This document shows positions 1 to 12,381 of a stretch of DNA of 64,000 nucleotides, piece by piece. A program made the translations under genes and the position numbers. Position 1 is the first letter of the stretch, and each line of letters starts with the position of its first letter. The notes beneath the pieces are model-generated. The model was not told the origin of the DNA. It ran no database searches and was given only the letters and a program-made list of their open reading frames with translations. The stretch spans positions 62,001 through 126,000 of the forward strand of contig NIVC01001221.1 in assembly GCA_002269645.1 (NCBI GenBank), read 5' to 3'. This stretch comes from Macrostomum lignano (Eukaryota).

Positions 1-3000
1 AGGATCAGGAGCGATGCTTAGTGAAGGGTCAGGAGCGATGCTTAGTGAAGGGTCAGGGGAGATGCTTAGTGAAGGGTCAGGAGCGATGCTTAGTGAAGGG
101 TCAGGGGAGATGCTTAGTGAAGGGTCAGGGGAGATGCTTAGTGAAGGGTCAGGGGAGATGCTTAGTGAAGGGTCAGGAGCGATGCTTAGTGAAGGGTCAG
201 GGGAGATGCTTAGTGAAGGTCAGGGGCGATGCTTAGTGAAGGGTCAGGGGAGATGCTTAGTGAAGGTCAGGGGCGATGCTTAGTGAAGGATCAGGAGCGA
301 TGCTTAGTGAAGGATCAGGAGCGATGCTTAGTGAAGGATCAGGGGAGATGCTTAGTGAAGGATCAGGGGAGATGCTTAGTGAAGGATCAGGGGAGATGCT
401 TAGTGAAGGATCAGGGGAGATGCTTAGTGAAGGATCAGGGGAGATGCTTAGTGAAGGGTCAGGGGAGATGCTTAGTGAAGGGTCAGGGGAGATGCTTAGT
501 GAAGGGTCAGGGGAGATGCTTAGTGAAGGGTCAGGGGAGATGCTTAGTGAAGGGTCAGGGGAGATGCTTAGTGAAGGATCAGGAGCGATGCTTAGTGAAG
601 GGTCAGGGGAGATGCTTAGTGAAGGTCAGGGCGATGCTTAGTGAAGGGTCAGGGGAGATGCTTAGTGAAGGTCAGGGGCGATGCTTAGTGAAGGATCAGG
701 AGCGATGCTTAGTGAAGGGTCAGGAGCGATGCTTAGTGAAGGATCAGGAGCGATGCTTAGTGAAGGGTCAGGAGCGATGCTTAGTGAAGGATCAGGGGAG
801 ATGCTTAGTGAAGGGTCAGGAGCGATGCTTAGTGAAGGGTCAGGAGCGATGCTTAGTGAAGGGTCAGGGAGATGCTTAGTGAAGGATCAGGGGAGATGCT
901 TAGTGAAGGATCAGGGGAGATGCTTAGTGAAGGATCAGGGGAGATGCTTAGTGAAGGATCAGGAGCGATGCTTAGTGAAGGGTCAGGAGCGATGCTTAGT
1001 GAAGGGTCAGGGGAGATGCTTAGTGAAGGGTCAGGAGCGATGCTTAGTGAAGGGTCAGGGGAGATGCTTAGTGAAGGGTCAGGGGAGATGCTTAGTGAAG
1101 GGTCAGGGGAGATGCTTAGTGAAGGATCAGGAGCGATGCTTAGTGAAGGGTCAGGGGAGATGCTTAGTGAAGGTCAGGGGCGATGCTTAGTGAAGGGTCA
1201 GGGGAGATGCTTAGTGAAGGTCAGGGGCGATGCTTAGTGAAGGATCAGGAGCGATGCTTAGTGAAGGATCAGGAGCGATGCTTAGTGAAGGATCAGGGGA
1301 GATGCTTAGTGAAGGATCAGGGGAGATGCTTAGTGAAGGATCAGGGGAGATGCTTAGTGAAGGATCAGGGGAGATGCTTAGTGAAGGGTCAGGGGAGATG
1401 CTTAGTGAAGGGTCAGGGGAGATGCTTAGTGAAGGGTCAGGGGAGATGCTTAGTGAAGGATCAGGGGAGATGCTTAGTGAAGGATCAGGGGAGATGCTTA
1501 GTGAAGGATCAGGGGAGATGCTTAGTGAAGGATCAGGGGAGATGCTTAGTGAAGGATCAGGGGAGATGCTTAGTGAAGGGTCAGGGGAGATGCTTAGTGA
1601 AGGGTCAGGGGCGATGCTTAGTGAAGGATCAGGGGAGATGCTTAGTGAAGGATCAGGAGCGATGCTTAGTGAAGGGTCAGGAGCGATGCTTAGTGAAGGG
1701 TCAGGGGAGATGCTTAGTGAAGGGTCAGGAGCGATGCTTAGTGAAGGGTCAGGGGAGATGCTTAGTGAAGGGTCAGGGGAGATGCTTAGTGAAGGGTCAG
1801 GGGAGATGCTTAGTGAAGGGTCAGGGGAGATGCTTAGTGAAGGATCAGGAGCGATGCTTAGTGAAGGGTCAGGAGCGATGCTTAGTGAAGGGTCAGGGGA
1901 GATGCTTAGTGAAGGGTCAGGAGCGATGCTTAGTGAAGGGTCAGGAGCGATGCTTAGTGAAGGGTCAGGGGAGATGCTTAGTGAAGGGTCAGGAGCGATG
2001 CTTAGTGAAGGGTCAGGAGCGATGCTTAGTGAAGGGTCAGGGGAGATGCTTAGTGAAGGGTCAGGGGAGATGCTTAGTGAAGGGTCAGGAGCGATGCTTA
2101 GTGAAGGGTCAGGAGCGATGCTTAGTGAAGGGTCAGGGGAGATGCTTAGTGAAGGGTCAGGGGAGATGCTTAGTGAAGGGTCAGGAGCGATGCTTAGTGA
2201 AGGATCAGGAGCGATGCTTAGTGAAGGGTCAGGAGCGATGCTTAGTGAAGGATCAGGAGCGATGCTTAGTGAAGGGTCAGGAGCGATGCTTAGTGAAGGA
2301 TCAGGGGAGATGCTTAGTGAAGGGTCAGGAGCGATGCTTAGTGAAGGGTCAGGAGCGATGCTTAGTGAAGGGTCAGGGAGATGCTTAGTGAAGGATCAGG
2401 GGAGATGCTTAGTGAAGGATCAGGGGAGATGCTTAGTGAAGGATCAGGGGAGATGCTTAGTGAAGGATCAGGAGCGATGCTTAGTGAAGGGTCAGGAGCG
2501 ATGCTTAGTGAAGGGTCAGGGGAGATGCTTAGTGAAGGGTCAGGAGCGATGCTTAGTGAAGGGTCAGGGGAGATGCTTAGTGAAGGGTCAGGGGAGATGC
2601 TTAGTGAAGGGTCAGGGGAGATGCTTAGTGAAGGATCAGGAGCGATGCTTAGTGAAGGGTCAGGGGAGATGCTTAGTGAAGGTCAGGGGCGATGCTTAGT
2701 GAAGGGTCAGGGGAGATGCTTAGTGAAGGTCAGGGGCGATGCTTAGTGAAGGATCAGGAGCGATGCTTAGTGAAGGATCAGGAGCGATGCTTAGTGAAGG
2801 ATCAGGGGAGATGCTTAGTGAAGGATCAGGGGAGATGCTTAGTGAAGGATCAGGGGAGATGCTTAGTGAAGGATCAGGGGAGATGCTTAGTGAAGGGTCA
2901 GGGGAGATGCTTAGTGAAGGGTCAGGAGCGATGCTTAGTGAAGGGTCAGGAGCGATGCTTAGTGAAGGGTCAGGGGAGATGCTTAGTGAAGGGTCAGGAG

Positions 3001-6000
3001 CGATGCTTAGTGAAGGGTCAGGAGCGATGCTTAGTGAAGGGTCAGGGGAGATGCTTAGTGAAGGGTCAGGGGAGATGCTTAGTGAAGGGTCAGGAGCGAT
3101 GCTTAGTGAAGGATCAGGAGCGATGCTTAGTGAAGGGTCAGGAGCGATGCTTAGTGAAGGATCAGGAGCGATGCTTAGTGAAGGGTCAGGAGCGATGCTT
3201 AGTGAAGGATCAGGGGAGATGCTTAGTGAAGGGTCAGGAGCGATGCTTAGTGAAGGGTCAGGAGCGATGCTTAGTGAAGGGTCAGGGAGATGCTTAGTGA
3301 AGGATCAGGGGAGATGCTTAGTGAAGGATCAGGGGAAATGCTTAGTGAAGGATCAGGGGAGATGCTTAGTGAAGGATCAGGAGCGATGCTTAGTGAAGGG
3401 TCAGGAGCGATGCTTAGTGAAGGGTCAGGGGAGATGCTTAGTGAAGGGTCAGGAGCGATGCTTAGTGAAGGGTCAGGGGAGATGCTTAGTGAAGGGTCAG
3501 GGGAGATGCTTAGTGAAGGGTCAGGGGAGATGCTTAGTGAAGGGTCAGGAGCGATGCTTAGTGAAGGGTCAGGGGAGATGCTTAGTGAAGGTCAGGGGCG
3601 ATGCTTAGTGAAGGGTCAGGGGAGATGCTTAGTGAAGGTCAGGGGCGATGCTTAGTGAAGGATCAGGAGCGATGCTTAGTGAAGGATCAGGAGCGATGCT
3701 TAGTGAAGGATCAGGGGAGATGCTTAGTGAAGGATCAGGGGAGATGCTTAGTGAAGGATCAGGGGAGATGCTTAGTGAAGGATCAGGGGAGATGCTTAGT
3801 GAAGGATCAGGGGAGATGCTTAGTGAAGGGTCAGGGGAGATGCTTAGTGAAGGGTCAGGGGAGATGCTTAGTGAAGGGTCAGGGGAGATGCTTAGTGAAG
3901 GGTCAGGGGAGATGCTTAGTGAAGGATCAGGAGCGATGCTTAGTGAAGGGTCAGGGGAGATGCTTAGTGAAGGTCAGGGGCGATGCTTAGTGAAGGGTCA
4001 GGGGAGATGCTTAGTGAAGGTCAGGGGCGATGCTTAGTGAAGGATCAGGAGCGATGCTTAGTGAAGGATCAGGAGCGATGCTTAGTGAAGGATCAGGGGA
4101 GATGCTTAGTGAAGGATCAGGGGAGATGCTTAGTGAAGGATCAGGGGAGATGCTTAGTGAAGGATCAGGGGAGATGCTTAGTGAAGGGTCAGGGGAGATG
4201 CTTAGTGAAGGGTCAGGAGCGATGCTTAGTGAAGGGTCAGGAGCGATGCTTAGTGAAGGGTCAGGGGAGATGCTTAGTGAAGGGTCAGGAGCGATGCTTA
4301 GTGAAGGGTCAGGAGCGATGCTTAGTGAAGGGTCAGGGGAGATGCTTAGTGAAGGGTCAGGGGAGATGCTTAGTGAAGGGTCAGGAGCGATGCTTAGTGA
4401 AGGATCAGGAGCGATGCTTAGTGAAGGGTCAGGAGCGATGCTTAGTGAAGGATCAGGAGCGATGCTTAGTGAAGGGTCAGGAGCGATGCTTAGTGAAGGA
4501 TCAGGGGAGATGCTTAGTGAAGGGTCAGGAGCGATGCTTAGTGAAGGGTCAGGAGCGATGCTTAGTGAAGGGTCAGGGAGATGCTTAGTGAAGGATCAGG
4601 GGAGATGCTTAGTGAAGGATCAGGGGAAATGCTTAGTGAAGGATCAGGGGAGATGCTTAGTGAAGGATCAGGAGCGATGCTTAGTGAAGGGTCAGGAGCG
4701 ATGCTTAGTGAAGGGTCAGGGGAGATGCTTAGTGAAGGGTCAGGAGCGATGCTTAGTGAAGGGTCAGGGGAGATGCTTAGTGAAGGGTCAGGGGAGATGC
4801 TTAGTGAAGGGTCAGGGGAGATGCTTAGTGAAGGGTCAGGAGCGATGCTTAGTGAAGGGTCAGGGGAGATGCTTAGTGAAGGTCAGGGGCGATGCTTAGT
4901 GAAGGGTCAGGGGAGATGCTTAGTGAAGGTCAGGGGCGATGCTTAGTGAAGGATCAGGAGCGATGCTTAGTGAAGGATCAGGAGCGATGCTTAGTGAAGG
5001 ATCAGGGGAGATGCTTAGTGAAGGATCAGGGGAGATGCTTAGTGAAGGATCAGGGGAGATGCTTAGTGAAGGATCAGGGGAGATGCTTAGTGAAGGATCA
5101 GGGGAGATGCTTAGTGAAGGGTCAGGGGAGATGCTTAGTGAAGGGTCAGGGGAGATGCTTAGTGAAGGGTCAGGGGAGATGCTTAGTGAAGGATCAGGGG
5201 AGATGCTTAGTGAAGGATCAGGGGAGATGCTTAGTGAAGGATCAGGGGAGATGCTTAGTGAAGGATCAGGGGAGATGCTTAGTGAAGGATCAGGGGAGAT
5301 GCTTAGTGAAGGGTCAGGGGAGATGCTTAGTGAAGGGTCAGGGGCGATGCTTAGTGAAGGATCAGGGGAGATGCTTAGTGAAGGATCAGGAGCGATGCTT
5401 AGTGAAGGGTCAGGAGCGATGCTTAGTGAAGGGTCAGAGGAGATGCTTAGTGAAGGGTCAGGAGCGATGCTTAGTGAAGGGTCAGGGGAGATGCTTAGTG
5501 AAGGGTCAGGGGAGATGCTTAGTGAAGGGTCAGGGGAGATGCTTAGTGAAGGGTCAGGAGCGATGCTTAGTGAAGGGTCAGGGGAGATGCTTAGTGAAGG
5601 TCAGGGGCGATGCTTAGTGAAGGGTCAGGGGAGATGCTTAGTGAAGGTCAGGGGCGATGCTTAGTGAAGGATCAGGAGCGATGCTTAGTGAAGGATCAGG
5701 AGCGATGCTTAGTGAAGGATCAGGGGAGATGCTTAGTGAAGGATCAGGGGAGATGCTTAGTGAAGGATCAGGGGAGATGCTTAGTGAAGGATCAGGGGAG
5801 ATGCTTAGTGAAGGATCAGGGGAGATGCTTAGTGAAGGGTCAGGGGAGATGCTTAGTGAAGGGTCAGGGGAGATGCTTAGTGAAGGGTCAGGGGAGATGC
5901 TTAGTGAAGGATCAGGGGAGATGCTTAGTGAAGGATCAGGGGAGATGCTTAGTGAAGGATCAGGGGAGATGCTTAGTGAAGGATCAGGGGAGATGCTTAG

Positions 6001-7774
6001 TGAAGGATCAGGGGAGATGCTTAGTGAAGGGTCAGGGGAGATGCTTAGTGAAGGGTCAGGGGCGATGCTTAGTGAAGGATCAGGGGAGATGCTTAGTGAA
6101 GGATCAGGAGCGATGCTTAGTGAAGGGTCAGGAGCGATGCTTAGTGAAGGGTCAGAGGAGATGCTTAGTGAAGGGTCAGGGGAGATGCTTAGTGAAGGGT
6201 CAGGGGAGATGCTTAGTGAAGGGTCAGGGGAGATGCTTAGTGAAGGGTCAGGGGAGATGCTTAGTGAAGGATCAGGAGCGATGCTTAGTGAAGGGTCAGG
6301 AGCGATGCTTAGTGAAGGGTCAGGGGAGATGCTTAGTGAAGGGTCAGGAGCGATGCTTAGTGAAGGGTCAGGAGCGATGCTTAGTGAAGGGTCAGGGGAG
6401 ATGCTTAGTGAAGGGTCAGGAGCGATGCTTAGTGAAGGGTCAGGAGCGATGCTTAGTGAAGGGTCAGGGGAGATGCTTAGTGAAGGGTCAGGGGAGATGC
6501 TTAGTGAAGGGTCAGGAGCGATGCTTAGTGAAGGGTCAGGAGCGATGCTTAGTGAAGGGTCAGGGGAGATGCTTAGTGAAGGGTCAGGAGCGATGCTTAG
6601 TGAAGGGTCAGGAGCGATGCTTAGTGAAGGATCAGGAGCGATGCTTAGTGAAGGGTCAGGAGCGATGCTTAGTGAAGGATCAGGAGCGATGCTTAGTGAA
6701 GGGTCAGGAGCGATGCTTAGTGAAGGATCAGGGGAGATGCTTAGTGAAGGGTCAGGAGCGATGCTTAGTGAAGGGTCAGGAGCGATGCTTAGTGAAGGGT
6801 CAGGGAGATGCTTAGTGAAGGATCAGGGGAGATGCTTAGTGAAGGATCAGGGGAGATGCTTAGTGAAGGATCAGGGGAGATGCTTAGTGAAGGATCAGGA
6901 GCGATGCTTAGTGAAGGGTCAGGAGCGATGCTTAGTGAAGGGTCAGGGGATGCTTAGTGAAGGGTCAGGAGCGATGCTTAGTGAAGGGTCAGGGGAGATG
7001 CTTAGTGAAGGGTCAGGGGAGATGCTTAGTGAAGGGTCAGGGGAGATGCTTAGTGAAGGATCAGGAGCGATGCTTAGTGAAGGGTCAGGGGAGATGCTTA
7101 GTGAAGGTCAGGGGCGATGCTTAGTGAAGGGTCAGGGGAGATGCTTAGTGAAGGTCAGGGGCGATGCTTAGTGAAGGATCAGGAGCGATGCTTAGTGAAG
7201 GATCAGGAGCGATGCTTAGTGAAGGATCAGGGGATGCTTAGTGAAGTATCAGGGGAGATGCTTAGTGAAGGATCAGGGGAGATGCTTAGTGAAGGATCAG
7301 GGGAGATGCTTAGTGAAGGATCAGGGGAGATGCTTAGTGAAGGGTCAGGGGAGATGCTTAGTGAAGGGTCAGGGGAGATGCTTAGTGAAGGATCAGGGGA
7401 GATGCTTAGTGAAGGGTCAGGGGAGATGCTTAGTGAAGGATCAGGGGAGATGCTTAGTGAAGGATCAGGGGAGATGCTTAGTGAAGGGTCAGGGGAGATG
7501 CTTAGTGAAGGATCAGGGGAGATGCTTAGTGAAGGATCAGGGGAGATGCTTAGTGAAGGATCAGGGGAGATGCTTAGTGAAGGATCAGGGGAGATGCTTA
7601 GTGAAGGGTCAGGGGAGATGCTTAGTGAAGGGTCAGGGGCGATTCTTAGTGAAGGATCAGGGGAGATGCTTAGTGAAGGGTCAGGGGAGATGCTTAGTGA
7701 AGGATCAGGGGAGATGCTTAGTGAAGGGTCAGGGGAGATGCTTAGTGAAGGGTCAGGGGCGATTCTTAGTGAAG
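1..7774. repeat. 24-bp tandem satellite ATGCTTAGTGAAGG(G/A)TCAGG(GGA/AGC/GGC)G, roughly 320 units, inside MINDY3 intron 2; continues past the window start
   Basis: The unit is read directly from the sequence. Occasional 23-bp deletion variants explain the frame switches in the ORF track. The array ends abruptly at about 7774. Confidence 0.98.
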
Positions 7775-7829
7775 AACTAGGAGCCGATTTAAATAGGTAT
7801 AAATATAAATAATGCGGTCTTCAACCAAC

Positions 7830-8021
7830 CTGTACAGGTGGGGGAACCTCGGACTTTCGCAGACTCTGTCGAATCTCTTCAATACTGATCACTGTAGAGC
7901 CGTCTTCTTCGCTGAGGAGCTCTTCGGGTTGGAAAACCAGCACGCAGCAGCCGCCGTTGCTGTCAGCCAGCTGCTGCATAACGGCTGCGATTGCTTGGGT
8001 AAGCAGCACTGTGGAATCGCC
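7830..8021 (-). CDS. MINDY3: MINDY3/FAM188A deubiquitinase, exon 2
   Basis: Acceptor tccccacag|GGC at 8021. Encodes GDSTVLLTQAIAAVMQQLADSNGGCCVLV...IEEIRQSLRKSE, matching the MINDY3 segment after the catalytic helix. Phase 0 joins exon 1. Donor CAG|GTTGGT at 7830 is the best candidate but is not certain. Confidence 0.75.
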
Positions 8022-8039
8022 CTGTGGGGATAAGGAATA

Positions 8040-9170
8040 TGGGAGATGGGATAAGGGATATGAAAGATGATAAGGGAGATGGGAGATGGGAGATAGGAGA
8101 TGGGATAAGGGAGATGGGATAAGGGAGATGGGATAAGGGTGATGGGAGATGGGATAAGGGGGGTGGGAGATGGGATAAGGGAGATGGGATAAGGGAGATG
8201 GGATAAGGGTGATGGGAGATGGGATAAGGGGGTGGGAGATGGGATAAGGGTGATGGGAGATGGGATAAGGGGGGTGGGAGATGGGATAAGGGAGATGGGA
8301 TAAGGGAGATGGGATAAGGGTGATGGGAGATGGGATAAGGGGGTGGGAGATGGGATAAGGGAGATGGGATAAGGGAGATGGGATAAGGGTGATGGGAGAT
8401 GGGATAAGGGAGATGGGATAAGGGAGATGGGATAAGGGTGATGGGAGATGGGATAAGGGGGGTGGGAGATGGGATAAGGGAGATGGGATAAGGGAGATGG
8501 GATAAGGGAGATGGGATAAGGGTGATGGGAGATGGGATAAGGGGGTGGGAGATGGGATAAGGGAGATGGGATAAGGGAGATGGGATAAGGGTGATGGGAG
8601 ATGGGATAAGGGGGGTGGGAGATGGGATAAGGGAGATGGGATAAGGGAGATGGGATAAGGGTGATGGGAGATGGGATAAGGGGGTGGGAGATGGGATAAG
8701 GGAGATGGGATAAGGGAGATGGGATAAGGGTGATGGGAGATGGGATAAGGGGGTGGGAGATGGGATAAGGGAGATGGGATAAGGGGGATGGGAGATGGGA
8801 TAAGGGGGGTGGGAGATGGGATAAGGGAGATGGGATAAGGGAGATGGGATAAGGGTGATGGGAGATGGGATAAGGGAGATGGGATAAGGGAGATGGGATA
8901 AGGGTGATGGGAGATGGGATAAGGGGGGTGGGAGATGGGATAAGGGAGATGGGATAAGGGTGATGGGAGATGGGATAAGGGGGTGGGAGATGGGATAAGG
9001 GAGATGGGATAAGGGAGATGGGATAAGGGTGATGGGAGATGGGATAAGGGGGGTGGGAGATGGGATAAGGGAGATGGGATAAGGGGGATGGGAGATGGGA
9101 TAAGGGGGGTGGGAGATGGGATAAGGGAGATGGGATAAGGAAGATGGGAGATGGAATAAGGAAGATAGAG
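8040..9170. repeat. G-rich ~15-bp minisatellite (GGGAGATGGGATAAG and variants) filling MINDY3 intron 1
   Basis: Direct reading. It explains the Pro/Ser/His/Leu low-complexity ORFs 7821..9224 and 7963..9264. Confidence 0.95.
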
Positions 9171-9266
9171 ATGGGAAATAGGATAAAAGAGAGGAAAGGA
9201 TAGAGTTGGAGAAAAGGTACTCACAAATTAACCAGACACACATTAAACAGCATTGCCCTAGCATAC

Positions 9267-9503
9267 CTTAAAGTCCTGAGGCTGCTGACAGCCATGTTTG
9301 AATATGGCCAATTGGATCATGTGTGCCTGAATAGCAGCAACCACAGCACAGGGTCCACCCTGCAACTGCAGCAAAGCTGTGGGCTCATCCTCGCTAAACT
9401 GGAATCCCTGAAGCCAGCGAGCCAGGGTGTCTGGCGAAGGCTCTGCAGGGCCCCACACCAGCTTGTTGCAGGCTGACCATTCTGATTCATCTAGGATGGA
9501 CAT
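9267..9503 (-). CDS. MINDY3: MINDY3/FAM188A deubiquitinase, exon 1 (79 codons, includes the catalytic Cys motif)
   Basis: MSILDE...LVWG...RWLQGFQFSEDEPTALLQLQGGPCAVVAAIQA matches the MINDY3 N-terminus (LVWG..RWTQGFVFSESEGSALEQFEGGPCAVIAPVQA). Donor AAG|GTATGC at 9267/9266. Confidence 0.92.
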
Positions 9504-10023
9504 GATCCACTGTTGCAGCGTTGGGTGGACTAAGGAATGGAAGACAGTTTCTAGGCTAGATTTAGAGCTGTTGCATGCATTGTATTTTTATTAGACTTTA
9601 ATTGTTAAAATAATCATTTTTAAAGATCTTAAAAATAAATTGAAACACATTATATATATAAGAAATTAAACATGAAGAAAATTATTTATTGCACAATGAA
9701 TATACTAATTGGTGCCCTTTGGCTTCAATTTCAATTCAATATAACAAAATGATACATTGATATCCCTTGAAATATTAATCTTCATATAAGGTCAAATATG
9801 ACTTATACTTTTTTAAATTAAAGAATATTGATTCTTTAATATAAAATTTTTATTCTAATTCTACACTGACTTAAAAAAGGTGGCAAACAAAATTGATATT
9901 ATTTTGAAAGAAATTATTGATTGTATTATATTAAATAAATCCAAATTAAAAAAATCATGGAATAGGCCAAAATAAATAGTCCAATTAGAGTTTGGAGTCT
10001 AAAAGTTGAAAGTTACATTTTAA

Positions 10024-10236
10024 TCTCTACCTATAAAAATCCTAACTCTGTCTGTCTGTGTATGTACAATTTTGATCGCTTTGGACTCCTAAACTGCTCA
10101 ACTAAATTACACCAAATTTTGCACTCACCCTGAAATCACTAGGGAGAATGTCTTTGGCTACCTTTAAATTTCTTAAATTTGAGCCTTCCTACCTAAAAGT
10201 GCAAAAAACTTATCAAAATACATAGTTTTTTACTAA
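10024..10236 (+). mobile_element. Helitron-like 5' fragment
   Basis: Starts A|TCTCTACCTATAAAAAT followed by CTGTCTGTCTGT, resembling non-autonomous Helitron 5' ends. No matching 3' end was found. Confidence 0.4.
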
Positions 10237-11542
10237 GGCAGTGCTTATCCCCACGGTACCGTAGGAATAATTTCTGTCTTATTCCAATGGTACCGTGCGA
10301 ATAATTTTCTGCTTATCCGCATGGCACACTGACGAGATAGCTGCCCTATACGTCCTCTGTTTTATTCCCTCTGCTTTACTAGCTGCCCTATCTGCTACAA
10401 TATGCTGTGCGTGAATAGTTTATAGCTTATTGAAAGGGAATTTGAACTGAGGATACTAAGAAGCTGTTGATCTTGATGTATAAACTCGAATCAGTTCTAG
10501 ACTAGTATATGCATGTGTAAATGCGTGTTATTCTGCTTTACTGATACCCTTCTGTATACTTATTCAACAATAATTCAACAAAGTTGTTATATGGCTCATT
10601 CCATATAAGCATGGTCGTAACATGACAGGCTATTTTTACTTATAAAATGAAATATAATAATAGAATATACTAAATTAATATTTTAAATGAAAGATAATTT
10701 TGTCAAAAATATTTTTATAGAGTTTCATGTAGATATCATCATTAGTATAGATGCTATTAAACCTTGAATGGCACTTATGGTCGTAACAACAGGATTTTTG
10801 ACATATAGAAACTAAAAGGTAAAAGTCTTATAACATTTTTATTTTTGATATTTTGCAATACATTTTTTAAAATTTGACTAAGAACATCTTTAGTAATCAT
10901 ACTCTTTTATTAGAATATATAAACTCAAAAAGGCAACAAAGATACAAAAGAAAAGGCAGCCTTATGGTCGTAACATTATGGTCGTAACATATTTTTTTCT
11001 GTCAATTCAGTAACTTTGAGGTACCAATATATTAAAAATATAATAGATTATTTGGTCACCAATACTTTTATCTGATGATGCAAGTACTATACTTTTATCT
11101 ATAGTTTGTTTCAACCTTCCAAAGCTTTCTATTTGTTTTTAAAAGGTACACAAACTTAATGATGTCTTTTGCTTAGAAAAATGTCTAAATTTTTACAAAA
11201 ATGACTTTTTGCCACTTGATAGCATACTAATCTAACATTTTATCATTCATTTATTCTTAGATTGTAGATATTACACATAAAAAACATTTGGTAAAAAAAT
11301 TGGCTGATAAGGCAATGGCAAGCAAAAATATTGACTTTTTTCTATTTTCCAAAAATGTCCATCTTATATGGAATGAGCCATACTGCACTCAAATCGTATG
11401 TACTAAACTTCCCACGGCATATGTAGAAGATAGGGCAGCTATCTTGTCAGTGTGCCGTGCGGATAAGCAGAAAATTATTCACACGGTACCGTTGGAATAA
11501 GACAGAAATTATTCCTACGGTACCGTGGGGATAAGCACTGCC
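10237..11542. mobile_element. Non-autonomous Mutator-like element (MULE)
   Basis: 113-bp TIRs (10237-10349 and 11430-11542) starting GGCAGTGCTTATCC, with few mismatches. Perfect 9-bp TSD TTTTACTAA (10228-10236 and 11543-11551). Confidence 0.92.
10593..11379. mobile_element. MITE copy 1 (TIR GGCTCATTCCATATAAG), nested in the MULE
   Basis: 17-bp TIRs. Colinear with copy 2 over about 787 bp. Flanks ATAT/ATAC (imperfect 4-bp TSD). Confidence 0.88.
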
Positions 11543-11569
11543 TTTTACTAAATCTTTCAAAGTGCCACT

Positions 11570-12355
11570 GGCTCATTCCATATAAGCATGGTCGTAACAT
11601 GACAGGTTATTTTTACTTATAAAATGAAATCTAATAATAGAATATACTAAACCAATATTTTAAATGAAAGATTATTTTGTCTAGAATATATTTATAGAGT
11701 TTCATATAGATATCATCATTAGTATAGATGCTATTAAACCTTAAATGACACTTATGGTCGTAACGACAGGATTTTTGACATATAGAAACTAAAAGGTAAA
11801 AGTCTTATAACATTTTTCATTTTTGATATTTTGCAATACATTTTTAAAATTTGACTAAGAACATCTTTAGAAATCATACTCTTTTATTAGAATATATAAA
11901 CTCAAAAGGCAACAAAGATACAAAAGAAAAGGCAGCCTTATGGTCGTAACATTATGGTCGTAACATATTTTTTTCTGTCAATTCAGTAACTTTGAGGTAC
12001 TAATACATTAAAAATATAATAGATTATTTGGTCACCAATGCTTTTATCTGATGATGCAAGTACTATACTTTTATCTATAGTTTGTTTCAACCTTCAAAAG
12101 CTTTCTATTTGTTTTTAAAAGGTACAAAATCTTAATGATGTCTTTTGCTTCGAAAAATGTCCAAATTTTTACAAAAATGACTTTTTGCAAATTGATAACA
12201 TACTAATCCAACATTTTACCATTCCTTTATTCTTAGATTGTATATATTGCACAATATAAACATTTGGTAAAAAAATAGGCTAATTAGGCAATGGCAAGCA
12301 AAAATATTGACTTTTTTCTATTTTCCAAATATGTCCATCTTATATGGAATGAGCC
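11570..12355. mobile_element. MITE copy 2 (TIR GGCTCATTCCATATAAG)
   Basis: Same TIRs and interior as copy 1. 4-bp TSD CACT (11566-11569 and 12356-12359). Confidence 0.9.
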
Positions 12356-12381
12356 CACTCCATTTCTACCAATTCTCTTCA

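Noticed and set aside
1-7774. CRISPR-like array
   Set aside because: There are no unique spacers, only two or three variable bases per unit; the context is eukaryotic and no cas genes are present.
14-7812. Long ORFs (MLSEGSGE / RCLVKGQG repeats, up to 504 aa)
   Set aside because: These are artefacts of a 24-bp unit that lacks stops in two frames. They lie antisense within an intron and have no non-repetitive domain.
7821-9264. 467-aa and 433-aa Pro/His/Ser-rich ORFs
   Set aside because: They translate the intron 1 minisatellite. Only the last ~64 codons of the 467-aa ORF are real (MINDY3 exon 2).
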